Below, piece after piece: positions 48,505 to 57,901 of a stretch of 64,000 nt of DNA; positions within the stretch are counted from its first letter, which is position 1; every line of letters begins with the position of its first letter. The notes beneath the pieces were generated by a model that worked only from the letters and a program-made list of their open reading frames with translations, did not search any database and was not told the origin of the DNA. The position numbers were made by a program, and so were the translations under genes. Source of the stretch: an uncultured Verrucomicrobiae bacterium (GTDB lineage Bacteria; Verrucomicrobiota; Verrucomicrobiia; Limisphaerales; Palsa-1400); assembly GCA_963764165.1 (NCBI GenBank), contig CAVXRD010000002.1, positions 2,336,001-2,400,000 of the forward strand, read 5' to 3'.

Positions 48505-51360
48505 ATGAGCCTGAAACCTTGGAGAGAAATCGCCGTGCCGCACTCGGATGTTTTGGAAGGCACGTTTCAACAGTCCGAGTTTGCCGCCGACATCACGGCG
48601 GTTCGCACCGGCAAGGCCACGCCGGAGTATCGGGACGCGGCGCAGTTTTTCGAGCGGACGTTCATCACGGAGGGAATGCGCCTGCTGCTAACCTCCGTTG
48701 CCCGCCGCTTAAATAGTCAGGGCGGCGATCCGGTCATCCAACTTCAAACCGCCTTCGGCGGCGGCAAAACGCACACCATGCTGGCGGTCTATCACCTCGC
48801 CACGCGCACATGCGCCCTGAAAGATTTGCCCGGCATTCCCGCGCTGCTGGATCAGGCCAAACTCATGGACATGCCCAAGGCGCGGGTCGCCGTGCTGGAC
48901 GGCAACCATCACTCTCCCGGCCAGCCGTGGAAACATGGCAAGCAATCCATCCACACGCTTTGGGGCGAACTCGCCTGGCAGCTCGGCGAGTCTGCGGGAG
49001 GCCAAACGGGAGCCGAGGAAGCGTTTGCATTACTAAAAGAGTCGGATGCCAACGGCACATCACCCGGCAAAGAAGTTTTGCAGACGCTCTTGGAAAATCA
49101 TTCGCCGTGCGTCGTGCTGGTGGATGAATTGGTCGCCTACATCCGGCAATTCTCGAATGGCCAAGTCATAAGCGGAGGCACTTACGACAGCAATTTGTCT
49201 TTCGTGCAGGCACTCACGGAAGCGATGAAGCTGGTGCCGAACGCCGTCTTGCTCGGTTCCTTGCCGGAATCCGATGTTGAGGCCGGCAGTCAAAAAGGTG
49301 TCGCCGCATTGCGCGCCCTGGAAAAAACTTTTGGCCGCGTGCAGGCGCTTTGGAAACCCGTCGCCACCGAGGAGGCATTTGAAATCGTGCGCCGCCGGTT
49401 GTTTGAACCCATCGTTGATTTGAAAAACCGCGACGCAGTTTGCCGCGCTTTTTCCGACGCCTACATTTCCGAAGGCTCCAAACTGCCATCCGAAACACAG
49501 GAGGCGCGTTATTTCGACCGGCTCGTGCAGGCGTATCCCATCCACCCAGAAATTTTTGATCGGCTCTACGAAGATTGGTCAACGCTCGACGGATTCCAAC
49601 GCACACGCGGCGTGCTTAAACTCATGGCGAAAGTGATCCACCGACTTTGGAAAGAGCCGAATCATGACTTGATGATTCTCCCCGGCAGCCTGCCGCTTTA
49701 CGACGGCGAGACGCGCAACGAACTCACCTACCACTTGCAAAACGGCTGGGATGCCGTCATTGAAGGCGACGTTGACGGCGAGCGCGCCGAGACGACCGAA
49801 CTGGAATCCAAGGAACCGCGTTTCGGGGCCATCCAAGCCGCCCGTCGCGTGGCGCGCACAATCTTTCTCGGCACCGCGCCGTCAGCCGTGGCGACCAAAT
49901 CCGCCGGCACGCGCGGCCAAGAACGCGCCCGCGTCTTGCTGGGCTGTTTCCAGCCGGGACAGGTATCCTCCACCTATTCCGACGCGCTTAACCGACTCGC
50001 TGACCGGTTCCACTACTTGAACACCACCGGGGACAAGGCGCAGGAGACGACGCGCTTCTGGTTCGACACGCGCGCAAATCTTCGCCGCGAGATGGAGGAC
50101 CGCAAACGCCGATTCAACGACGCGCACGATGTCCGCCCCAAACTTGCCGAGGCATTGCGGAAACTTACCGCTGGAGCCACGTTCTTTGAAGGTGTCCACA
50201 TATTCACTCCGCACGCCGATGTTCCCGATGATACCGGTTTGCGGCTGGTATGCCTGCCGCCAGAGAACTTTTTCAGCCGTGCGGAAACGCGGCTGGCGTT
50301 CGATGAAGTGCTGACGTTCACGCGCAGCAACGGCACTAAGCCGCGCTATCGCGGCAACCGTTTGATTTTTCTCGCGCCGGATCATGCGTCGCTCACGCGG
50401 GTAAATGATTGTGTGCGGACAGCGCTGGCGTGGAAATCCATCGTGGATGACGTCGAGGCCAGCCGCTTGAACATTGACCTTGTCCAAAAGAAACAGGCCG
50501 AGAAGGAACTGAAAACCGCCGAAGAAGTCGTGCCGAAAGCTGCCCGCGAATGTTACCGCTGGCTGCTTTGCCCGTCGCAAGCGTCGTCAACGGCCGCGCA
50601 GGTCAACGTCGAGTTTTTCCCGCTGAATACCAGCGGCGCGGCACTTGGCGCGGAAATTGAGCGCGTCAGCTTGGATCAAGAATTGGTCATCGGCACCTGG
50701 TCGCCCATTCACCTGCGCGACCGGCTGAAAGAACTTTATTGGAAAGAAAATAAATCCGCCGCGTCAGCGATGGCCTTTTGGGAAGATACGTTGCGCTATC
50801 TTTATTTGCCGCGCTTGAAAAATCGCGGCGTACTGGAGCAAGCCATCGTTAAAGGTGCGGGCACCCGCGACTTTTTCGGCACCGCCTACGGCGAACACGA
50901 TGGCAAGTTTGACGGATTCAAGTTCGGCGACGCCAATGTGCAGCTCGACGACACACTGTTGCTCATCGAGCCGCCGGCTGCCACCAGCTACGCCGTCAGC
51001 ATCCAGCCGCAACTGGCCAAGCCAGCCACCGGCGGCAGCACGCCGGATTTGCCGACGGCCACGCCACCAGCCAAGGGAACCACCGGCACGCCCGGCCAAC
51101 TTCCCGGCATGGAAGGCACCCACTCGCCCAAGCCGCAATCATTCCACGGCAACGTCACGGTCAACGCCGCCACCGCGAAAATGCGCCTCGTCCAAATCGC
51201 CGAGGAAATCATCGCCGTCCTCGTCGCCGACCCCAACGCGGAGGTGAAAGTCAGCGTTGAGATTCAGGCCACCTTCCCGAACGGTGCAAAAGACCAGACC
51301 AAACGTGCCGTCTCCGAGAACACCAAAACCCTCGGCTTCAAAAACGCCGACTGGGAGTAA
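48505..51360 (+). CDS. DUF499 AAA+ ATPase
   Basis: [54 protein letters not shown]. Confidence 0.92.
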   Translation: MSLKPWREIAVPHSDVLEGTFQQSEFAADITAVRTGKATPEYRDAAQFFERTFITEGMRLLLTSVARRLNSQGGDPVIQLQTAFGGGKTHTMLAVYHLATRTCALKDLPGIPALLDQAKLMDMPKARVAVLDGNHHSPGQPWKHGKQSIHTLWGELAWQLGESAGGQTGAEEAFALLKESDANGTSPGKEVLQTLLENHSPCVVLVDELVAYIRQFSNGQVISGGTYDSNLSFVQALTEAMKLVPNAVLLGSLPESDVEAGSQKGVAALRALEKTFGRVQALWKPVATEEAFEIVRRRLFEPIVDLKNRDAVCRAFSDAYISEGSKLPSETQEARYFDRLVQAYPIHPEIFDRLYEDWSTLDGFQRTRGVLKLMAKVIHRLWKEPNHDLMILPGSLPLYDGETRNELTYHLQNGWDAVIEGDVDGERAETTELESKEPRFGAIQAARRVARTIFLGTAPSAVATKSAGTRGQERARVLLGCFQPGQVSSTYSDALNRLADRFHYLNTTGDKAQETTRFWFDTRANLRREMEDRKRRFNDAHDVRPKLAEALRKLTAGATFFEGVHIFTPHADVPDDTGLRLVCLPPENFFSRAETRLAFDEVLTFTRSNGTKPRYRGNRLIFLAPDHASLTRVNDCVRTALAWKSIVDDVEASRLNIDLVQKKQAEKELKTAEEVVPKAARECYRWLLCPSQASSTAAQVNVEFFPLNTSGAALGAEIERVSLDQELVIGTWSPIHLRDRLKELYWKENKSAASAMAFWEDTLRYLYLPRLKNRGVLEQAIVKGAGTRDFFGTAYGEHDGKFDGFKFGDANVQLDDTLLLIEPPAATSYAVSIQPQLAKPATGGSTPDLPTATPPAKGTTGTPGQLPGMEGTHSPKPQSFHGNVTVNAATAKMRLVQIAEEIIAVLVADPNAEVKVSVEIQATFPNGAKDQTKRAVSENTKTLGFKNADWE

Positions 51361-51412
51361 CTATTTATTCTAGGCCTGTTCACTTCACCCACCCCACAAG
51401 CGCGAGCGCACA

Positions 51413-51760
51413 TTGCAATCCGAAGTTCCCGAAATCATTTTGCGCTTTGCCATCCCGGCTGACGAGGATGACGAGCGGCGATTGCATGGCCGGTTTGACC
51501 CGCAACGCAAGCGCGGGGAATGGTTCTTTCTGACGGCGGACGAGCTGCTGTGGATCGTTTCGTTTCTCAAAAAGCGAGGAGATACTTCCCGTGTCACGGC
51601 GGATTACGAATGGCTGGGTAAAATCACCTTCCAATATCCGCCAAGGGCGAAGGCGAATAGGCGAGAGGTTTTATGGTCAAGGCAACCCATCCAACAGCAG
51701 AGTTCTTATGAGCCTGAAAGGTATGTGCTACAAGGCTGGGCGCTACGCGCGGCGCAGTGA
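51413..51760 (+). pseudogene. Possible GIY-YIG/T5orf172-like fragment
   Basis: ERRLHGRF...RGEWFFL. N-terminus missing. Confidence 0.4.
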
Positions 51761-52247
51761 TCCTTACCGCCGCGAGTATTATTCCACCTACCAGCGCCAC
51801 CCTGGACAATCACGAACGCCAGCGCCCGGGCCGGACGTTTCGCCAGTTGGCGGCTGCGGAGTCGCCATTTTCGTGCTCGGCGGATTGTTCGCGCTCGCGT
51901 GCCCTCCACTTGGCGTCATCTTCATTTTGGTAGGCGGTCTTGTCGCCAGCGGTTCCGCCGTCGCATCCAATCGGCGCGAGCAATCTCCTGCCACTACGCC
52001 CCCATTGCCGCCCACACCCGCCGCAATTCAGCCAGACGAAAAGAACCGAGCGCGATTGATCTTTCTACCGCTCCCGCCGCGAATCGGGAAGCCGGTCAAG
52101 CCAGAATACACGAAGTGCTCGTGCGGTTGCTGCGACCAGGTTTTGGAATACAACGCCGAGTGCTGCGGAAGGACCGTTACATGCCCTGCCTGTCAGCAAC
52201 AGATCGTGTTGCCGCGCGCAGACCCCACGAATGAGAATGAAACGTGA
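51708..52247 (+). CDS. Membrane protein with C-terminal zinc ribbon
   Basis: Two TM segments; CSCGCC...CPAC. Confidence 0.55.
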   Translation: MSLKGMCYKAGRYARRSDPYRREYYSTYQRHPGQSRTPAPGPDVSPVGGCGVAIFVLGGLFALACPPLGVIFILVGGLVASGSAVASNRREQSPATTPPLPPTPAAIQPDEKNRARLIFLPLPPRIGKPVKPEYTKCSCGCCDQVLEYNAECCGRTVTCPACQQQIVLPRADPTNENET

Positions 52248-52667
52248 GCGGTGTTCTCCATCCCCCGGTCTTCATTCCAGCGCGATGCCCGCGCCAAAAC
52301 CCCCGCCCCGGTCTGGCTCGCAAGACCAGTGTTCTCCTGGTGCAAGTTCGTCGGTCTTGTCCGCAACTCCGGCAATCTGACAGATCGAGACAAATTCGTG
52401 TGGCACTGATTGCGACATTAATTGCGACACTACGCCCATTTTTCAGAAGGGCGTTGCAAATACGCCAAAAAGTGAGTTTTAGCCTGTAAACACAAGGGGT
52501 TAGCGATGGTTTAAGCAATCAGAAGAAAGCCCTTGAAATTGGCAAAACCAGAATTTTAAGTCCTGTGCGTCTGCCATTTCGCCACTCCGGCAACCTGCTT
52601 TATTTTAACGACTTACATCTGTCATATATAGTCGCAATTTTTGCTTTGTATCCCATAGTTTTTGATC

Positions 52668-53221
52668 ATGCGGGAAAAGCCAGAAACAGAAATCGGCTTT
52701 AGGAAACGGGAAGAGAACCTGTCCAAGGATGGCAAGTGGCGCTCGTTTCCAAAAGTGCCGCATCTGCTTCAATACGTCAGCAACGGAAATTACTATGGCC
52801 GAATAAAAATGGGCGGCAAGCTCATTCGGGAAAGCCTCCAAACGACCGTCTGGACGACAGCCAAGATTCGACCGACCGATTTTCTAAAAACGCGTCAAGA
52901 AAATCGGAACCAAGTTGAGCCGCCATTATTCAGCGAGGCGGTGAAGCTTTTTCAAAGCGAGATTGAGAGGAACACGACGATCAAAAAGCGGAGCAAGGAA
53001 TACCGGCGGTGCCTGAACAAGATTCAAAAACCTGGCCGGAACTTTGGACTCTTCGTTTGGATGCAATTACTGTCGATGCCTGCAAGGAATGGGCGGCGAA
53101 CTTGAAGGCGAAAATCGCCAGCCATTATTACAACAACACCATTGCGACGCTCAGACAGGTTCTCGATGTTGGGATCAAGTCGCACAAGACGAACGGCGGA
53201 ACCGGATTGGAAAACCCTTGA
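52668..53221 (+). pseudogene. Truncated, frameshifted tyrosine integrase (N-terminal part)
   Basis: YYGRIKMGGKLIRESLQT arm domain and a core-binding region split over two frames, stopping at ENP. No catalytic domain. Confidence 0.75.
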
Positions 53222-53236
53222 CGTAATTTTTGTCCA

Positions 53237-53625
53237 TTAGGGGCGGATATTAAGGAGGGTTCCGTTTTTGAGCCGGGCGGTCCACCGGCTGTGGCGGCGG
53301 GTTTTCGTTGCGGTTCGGGCCTCGGCTGCCCAAGGGAGATTGAGTTCCTCCGCCCACGCAACACAAAGCAAGCGCACCTTTACCCTCCGACAGTTTACCA
53401 ATAACTTTGCGAGGGTGTCGATTCTAAGTGACCTGATTCCTTCCATGATGTTGCGTGCTTCCTCCACGCTTTGGCGAACGCCAACTTCACTGAGCATCTC
53501 CAACAGGGTTCATCTTCCGGTCTTGCGCCAAGATCGAGCCCCAAGACTTGTGCAAAAGCTTGTGAAAGAGAGAGACCTGTCAGACATGCTGAACAAATCC
53601 AAGCTTGTGAGTTGACTGGGGACAA
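53237..53625 (-). pseudogene. AbiEi-type (type IV TA) antitoxin remnant
   Basis: EMLSEVG...EEARNIMEG..SLR...LLVNCRRVKV.LL...AEELNLPW. Confidence 0.65.
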
Positions 53626-53815
53626 AAATGGGCCGGGTGAGGTTGCGCGCGGCGGCCCATCAACAAAGAGGCTCTAAAATTTATATTGCAGTTTTCGACC
53701 ATGGAGGCAGTTGACGCATTGACATCCAATCCGCGCGATTCGCTCCCGCTGTGCGCCTCGCTGCCGTTGTCATCGGCGTTTTCAATTTTCTATAATTTTT
53801 AGTCTGGTTAGGGTA

Positions 53816-56800
53816 ATGCTTTCGCATCGCTTGAAACGAGAGTCGGACTCAATTGCAAGTGGCGCCATGCTGCGCGCCAACACGGCGGTTGCGCTTGTGC
53901 TGGTGGCGGTGCTGCTACTGGCCCTGGTGGCGGCCTTGGCTGGCATGCGCGCCGCGCGAAATCAGGCACGCGTGGAAAATGCCGAAGTGGATGGTCGCAA
54001 CCGTTTGTGGAATGCCTACCTTGCGGAGGCGCGGGCCGTGCGCGTTTCGGGCGAAGCGGGCCGCCGGGCGAGGGCGCTGTCGGTTATCAGCAACGCGGCT
54101 GCGCTCCGTACTTCGAGCGCCCTGCGGACGGAGGCCATCGCCAGCCTGGCGCTCTCTGATTTAGCCGAGGAGGTCGAGTTGGTGCCGGTTTTGCGTGATT
54201 TGACCACCTATGATTTTGATGCCGATTTGCGCCGATATGCCTATGGCGACTGGCAGGGGAACGTAACGATTGGCGGCATTGCCGAGCGAACGAATATGTT
54301 CACTCTGCAAGCCAGCAACCTGGCCGCCGGTACACCAAGCAGAGTGGCGAATGTGTGCTTCAGCCCTGACCGAAGGCGCCTTGCGGCGCGCTTTGCCGGC
54401 GGAGCGGTTGTGATCTGGGATTTGGAAACGCGCGCGCAATTGACTGCAATTAATCCGCTGTCGACCAACAGCATCTTGTCCGATCTTGCCTTCTCGCCTG
54501 ACTCCCAGAAAGTTATTTTCACGGATGTGGAAGATCACTCGCTGCTCTCCATATTTGACGCCGCCACGGGGCGCAAATTAGTGAGCGGGGGGCAAGTGGG
54601 TCAAAACTATTTCAGTCTTCGACCTGACGGAAGACAAGTGGCAAAAGTGTCCAACGGTGATGTGGAATTGCAGGATTATCCCGCGGCGACAAATCGGCGG
54701 ATACTCAAACACTTTTCGCCGGTTTACGTCCTCGCGTGGTCGCCTGACGGAAACTTGCTCGCGGCTTCTTGCGAGGATGGAGACATTTATGTTTGGGATT
54801 TCAAGCGCGATACGCAACGTGTCCTGCACGGACAAACCGAACGGGGCATCAGACTCGGTTTCAGCGCGGACGGCACGAGGCTGTTTGCGAGCTCGCTCGA
54901 TGGAACCACCCGGCTGTGGCAGGTGTCGGAAGGCCACGCCATCGCCGTAGGAGAGGGCATTGGACGATCCATATCCGCCGATGGATCACGGTTGGGTTAT
55001 GTCCGGCCTTTGAAGGGTTTTGGGACCTGGAAATTGTTGACAAATTCCAACTACCGCGTTTTCGCCTGCCCAAGAAGCGAGGGCCCGCTGCTAGCCTTGG
55101 ATTTGTCGGACAGCGGAAGGTGGTGTGTGGCCACTCAGAACGAGGGCTTCCGGCTTTGGGATCTGCACGCGGATACGCCTCCGCTTGTCGTGCCTTTGCG
55201 GGATGTCTATTGCGTGCGTGTATCGGTCGATGAGCACTCGCTGATCCTTTGCGGAAAGAGCGGAATGGAAGTTTGGCGGTTCAGAACCAACGCCAGCGGC
55301 GGCATCGAGTTCCATCCTTGGGACAAAAAAAGTATTCCCCTGCCCGGCGCGCTTGGCGCGCGCGCCGCGGCCCTCAGTCTGGACGGCCGTTCGGCGGCGG
55401 TGGAGTTAACCGACCACCGTCTGATGGTAATGGATCTCGCGGGTGAACATGCGCCTGTCGAGTTGAAGGGCCGATGGCGCAACGTGTATTTCTTCAACGA
55501 CCCTGCCAGCACCACGGGCTCGGGACGGTTTGCCATCAGTCCAGACGGACGCTGGGTGGCGACCGGTTATGATTTTGGCGGCTCGGAGGTCCCGCGAATT
55601 TGGGACGCCCGTACTGGCGAGTTGGAGGCAACACTAAACGCGGACACTTCGGTGGTCACCTTTAGTCCAGATGGCCGCCGTCTCGGCCTGGTCGGAATGG
55701 ACCGGTATTCAATCTGGTCGGTCGGAGACTGGAGCCGAACGGCGTCTTACGAGCGGGACGAAGCCAGCTATGCGCGTGGCACAATGGCGTTTGCGCGGCA
55801 ATCCGATTGGCTGGCTGTGGCCAGCACAAGACAGAACATCGTGCTGCGCTCCACGGTCTTGGAGGAGAAGTTCTGCGATCTTGTCAGTCCAGAACCCCAA
55901 AGTGTGGTTAGCGTCCGAATGTCGTCCGATGGCGCCGTGCTGGTCAGTTCCACTGGCAACGAGATGATTCAAGTCTGGCGCCTGGAACACTTGAACCGCG
56001 AACTTGCCGGGATGAATCTGGCCTGGAGGGAAACTTCGGCCGACCATCCCGAGCAACGAGCCACGCCAGAGCCGGCACAGGGCGCCCTGCGCGCAACCCT
56101 GATGCTCAGCCTGGCCGGAGTCGTTGCCGCCAGTCTTTTCGCAGTGATCATTCTTCGCCAGCATCGCCTCAGCATCGCGCGCTTCGTCAGCGCCGAGGCG
56201 GAAGCCTCTCAGCGCAATCGAGAACTTGACATCGCGAAGGTCGAGTTGATGCACAGCCAGAAAATGCAGGCTCTGGGCACGCTGGCCGCGGGCTTGGCCC
56301 ACGATTTCAACAACCTGCTTTCAGTCATCCGCATGTCCAACAAACTGGTGTCGCGCAAGACGACCCATGACGGCGAAATCCAGGAGCATCTTGCGGACAT
56401 TGAACAAGCCGTTTTGCAGGGCAAGGGGGTGGTAAGTTCGATGCTGGATTACGCCAGAAATCGGGACGGCGACGGCGATCCGGTGGATGTCAGCAGCGTG
56501 GTGGAGGACGTCGTATCGCTCTTAAGCAAGGAATTCCTTCGCGGCATCACGCTGGATTTGCAGTTGGAACGGGAGATGCCGAAAGTTTACGTCGGGCGCG
56601 GCGCGTTCGAGCAAATCCTGCTAAATTTGGTGGTCAACGCCTCGGAGGCGATGCAGGGCGAAGGCCGGTTGAAAATTGTGGCGCGCGCCTGCGCTTCACT
56701 GCCCGCGGGAGATTTTGTGCTGCGCCCGCGCGCTGCCAGCCGGTTTGTGGAGCTTGCCGTCAGCGATTCCGGGCCGGGCATCGCGCCGGAATTGCGGAAT

Positions 56801-57025
56801 CGCCTATTCGAGCCATTTTTCACCACCAAGCGAGGCATTTCCAAGCCGGGAACGGGCTTGGGGCTTTCGCTGGTTTATTGGACGGCCGAGCAGAACGGCG
56901 CGGGCTTGAGCGTCCACACAGGTTACGGAAGCGGCGCATCTTTCACTGTGGTCTTTCCGGTTGGACCGCCCGCGCCCGTGCGCCAGACGCACAGTCCATT
57001 GAAAGGCACGCCCCATGTAGACTGA
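53816..57025 (+). CDS. Histidine kinase with WD40 beta-propeller sensor between two TM segments
   Basis: Many FSPDG/WD repeats, AHDFNNLL H-box, NLVVNA, DSGPG, EPFFTTK, GTGLGL. Confidence 0.88.
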   Translation: MLSHRLKRESDSIASGAMLRANTAVALVLVAVLLLALVAALAGMRAARNQARVENAEVDGRNRLWNAYLAEARAVRVSGEAGRRARALSVISNAAALRTSSALRTEAIASLALSDLAEEVELVPVLRDLTTYDFDADLRRYAYGDWQGNVTIGGIAERTNMFTLQASNLAAGTPSRVANVCFSPDRRRLAARFAGGAVVIWDLETRAQLTAINPLSTNSILSDLAFSPDSQKVIFTDVEDHSLLSIFDAATGRKLVSGGQVGQNYFSLRPDGRQVAKVSNGDVELQDYPAATNRRILKHFSPVYVLAWSPDGNLLAASCEDGDIYVWDFKRDTQRVLHGQTERGIRLGFSADGTRLFASSLDGTTRLWQVSEGHAIAVGEGIGRSISADGSRLGYVRPLKGFGTWKLLTNSNYRVFACPRSEGPLLALDLSDSGRWCVATQNEGFRLWDLHADTPPLVVPLRDVYCVRVSVDEHSLILCGKSGMEVWRFRTNASGGIEFHPWDKKSIPLPGALGARAAALSLDGRSAAVELTDHRLMVMDLAGEHAPVELKGRWRNVYFFNDPASTTGSGRFAISPDGRWVATGYDFGGSEVPRIWDARTGELEATLNADTSVVTFSPDGRRLGLVGMDRYSIWSVGDWSRTASYERDEASYARGTMAFARQSDWLAVASTRQNIVLRSTVLEEKFCDLVSPEPQSVVSVRMSSDGAVLVSSTGNEMIQVWRLEHLNRELAGMNLAWRETSADHPEQRATPEPAQGALRATLMLSLAGVVAASLFAVIILRQHRLSIARFVSAEAEASQRNRELDIAKVELMHSQKMQALGTLAAGLAHDFNNLLSVIRMSNKLVSRKTTHDGEIQEHLADIEQAVLQGKGVVSSMLDYARNRDGDGDPVDVSSVVEDVVSLLSKEFLRGITLDLQLEREMPKVYVGRGAFEQILLNLVVNASEAMQGEGRLKIVARACASLPAGDFVLRPRAASRFVELAVSDSGPGIAPELRNRLFEPFFTTKRGISKPGTGLGLSLVYWTAEQNGAGLSVHTGYGSGASFTVVFPVGPPAPVRQTHSPLKGTPHVD

Positions 57026-57032
57026 GTTTTGC

Positions 57033-57698
57033 GTGAGTGCGATACAATCCATAATGGCTTCAATCCTGATTGTTGAAGACGACCCGAAGCAACTCAAGCT
57101 TTATGGCAAAGCGCTGGGAGGCTATCGTCTCACCTGCGTTGCTTCTGTGACGCGCGCTCTTCAGGCGATGGAGAAGACGAAGCCGGACCTCATTATTCTT
57201 GACAACATACTCGATGAGGGTGAGCGAGGCATGGAACTCCTGCCCAAGCTCAAGTTGGCGGCCGCGCACGTGCCCATCATCATGATTTCCGGCACGCTAA
57301 AAATTCGGGAGCAGCTCAGCGTGCTGCAAGGCCCGCGCTCGGCCCACTTTGTGTTGGAAAAGCCCGTTGACTTGGATGAGCTGGAAAAAACCATCGAAAT
57401 CGCTTTGACAGAATGCGGCTTTGCCGAAACTGTCGCGGCGCTGCAGTCGCTGGAGCGCGCGGAAAAAATCGACCTTTCCGAGCCGGACCGCCGGTTCACC
57501 GCGCGGCTGGCCCGCCAGCACGAAATGATCAAGCAGCTCCGGGGCATCCAGGAGCGTCCGAATGTTTCCGGCCTCTCCCGCCATTTTGGCGTGTCGCGGA
57601 AGACAATCATCCGCGATATTCAAGATTTGATTCGGCGCGGCCAGTTGGCGGAAGAAGCTTATCCCGAGTGGCAGGTGGATATTGGGGGCGAAGAATAG
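57033..57698 (+). CDS. Response regulator with C-terminal DeoR-like HTH
   Basis: ILIVEDD, DLIILD, MISG, EKP; LSRHFGVSRKTIIRDI. Confidence 0.88.
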   Translation: MSAIQSIMASILIVEDDPKQLKLYGKALGGYRLTCVASVTRALQAMEKTKPDLIILDNILDEGERGMELLPKLKLAAAHVPIIMISGTLKIREQLSVLQGPRSAHFVLEKPVDLDELEKTIEIALTECGFAETVAALQSLERAEKIDLSEPDRRFTARLARQHEMIKQLRGIQERPNVSGLSRHFGVSRKTIIRDIQDLIRRGQLAEEAYPEWQVDIGGEE

Positions 57699-57901
57699 TC
57701 GGGCCTCGAGCGCTTAAGCCAGACACTACACTAGCTGTGGTCGCGCGACTCCGTGACTTGGTTTCAAGCAATAGGGATTTCCTGTCCATATCTCCCCGGC
57801 TCCCCCATGTGCGCCAGTGGCACGCCCCTGTGCGCGAGACGCACATTTTCTGGCCCGTCGCGCGGATGATAGCGTGATACCCTTAAGCGAATTAACAACT
57901 A

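Larger units (their letters stand above)
32750..52591. mobile_element. Integrative island 1 (~19.8 kb) at tRNA-Leu
   Basis: Identical 39-bp direct repeats at 32750-32788 and 52553-52591 (5' half of the tRNA). Adjacent integrase. Confidence 0.92.

Noticed and set aside
34152..48505. N-terminal extensions in the ORF track (34152, 40202, 47090, 48355; also 20949, 19256, 4178)
   Set aside because: They overlap upstream genes. Downstream ATGs match family N-termini and operon spacing.
32870..52591. Prophage or conjugative element
   Set aside because: No structural, terminase, lysis, relaxase or T4SS genes recognised.
57817..57836. Sigma-54 promoter TGGCACG upstream of the lyase-like gene
   Set aside because: GG-to-GC spacing is 11, not 10, and the adjacent regulator has no AAA+ domain.
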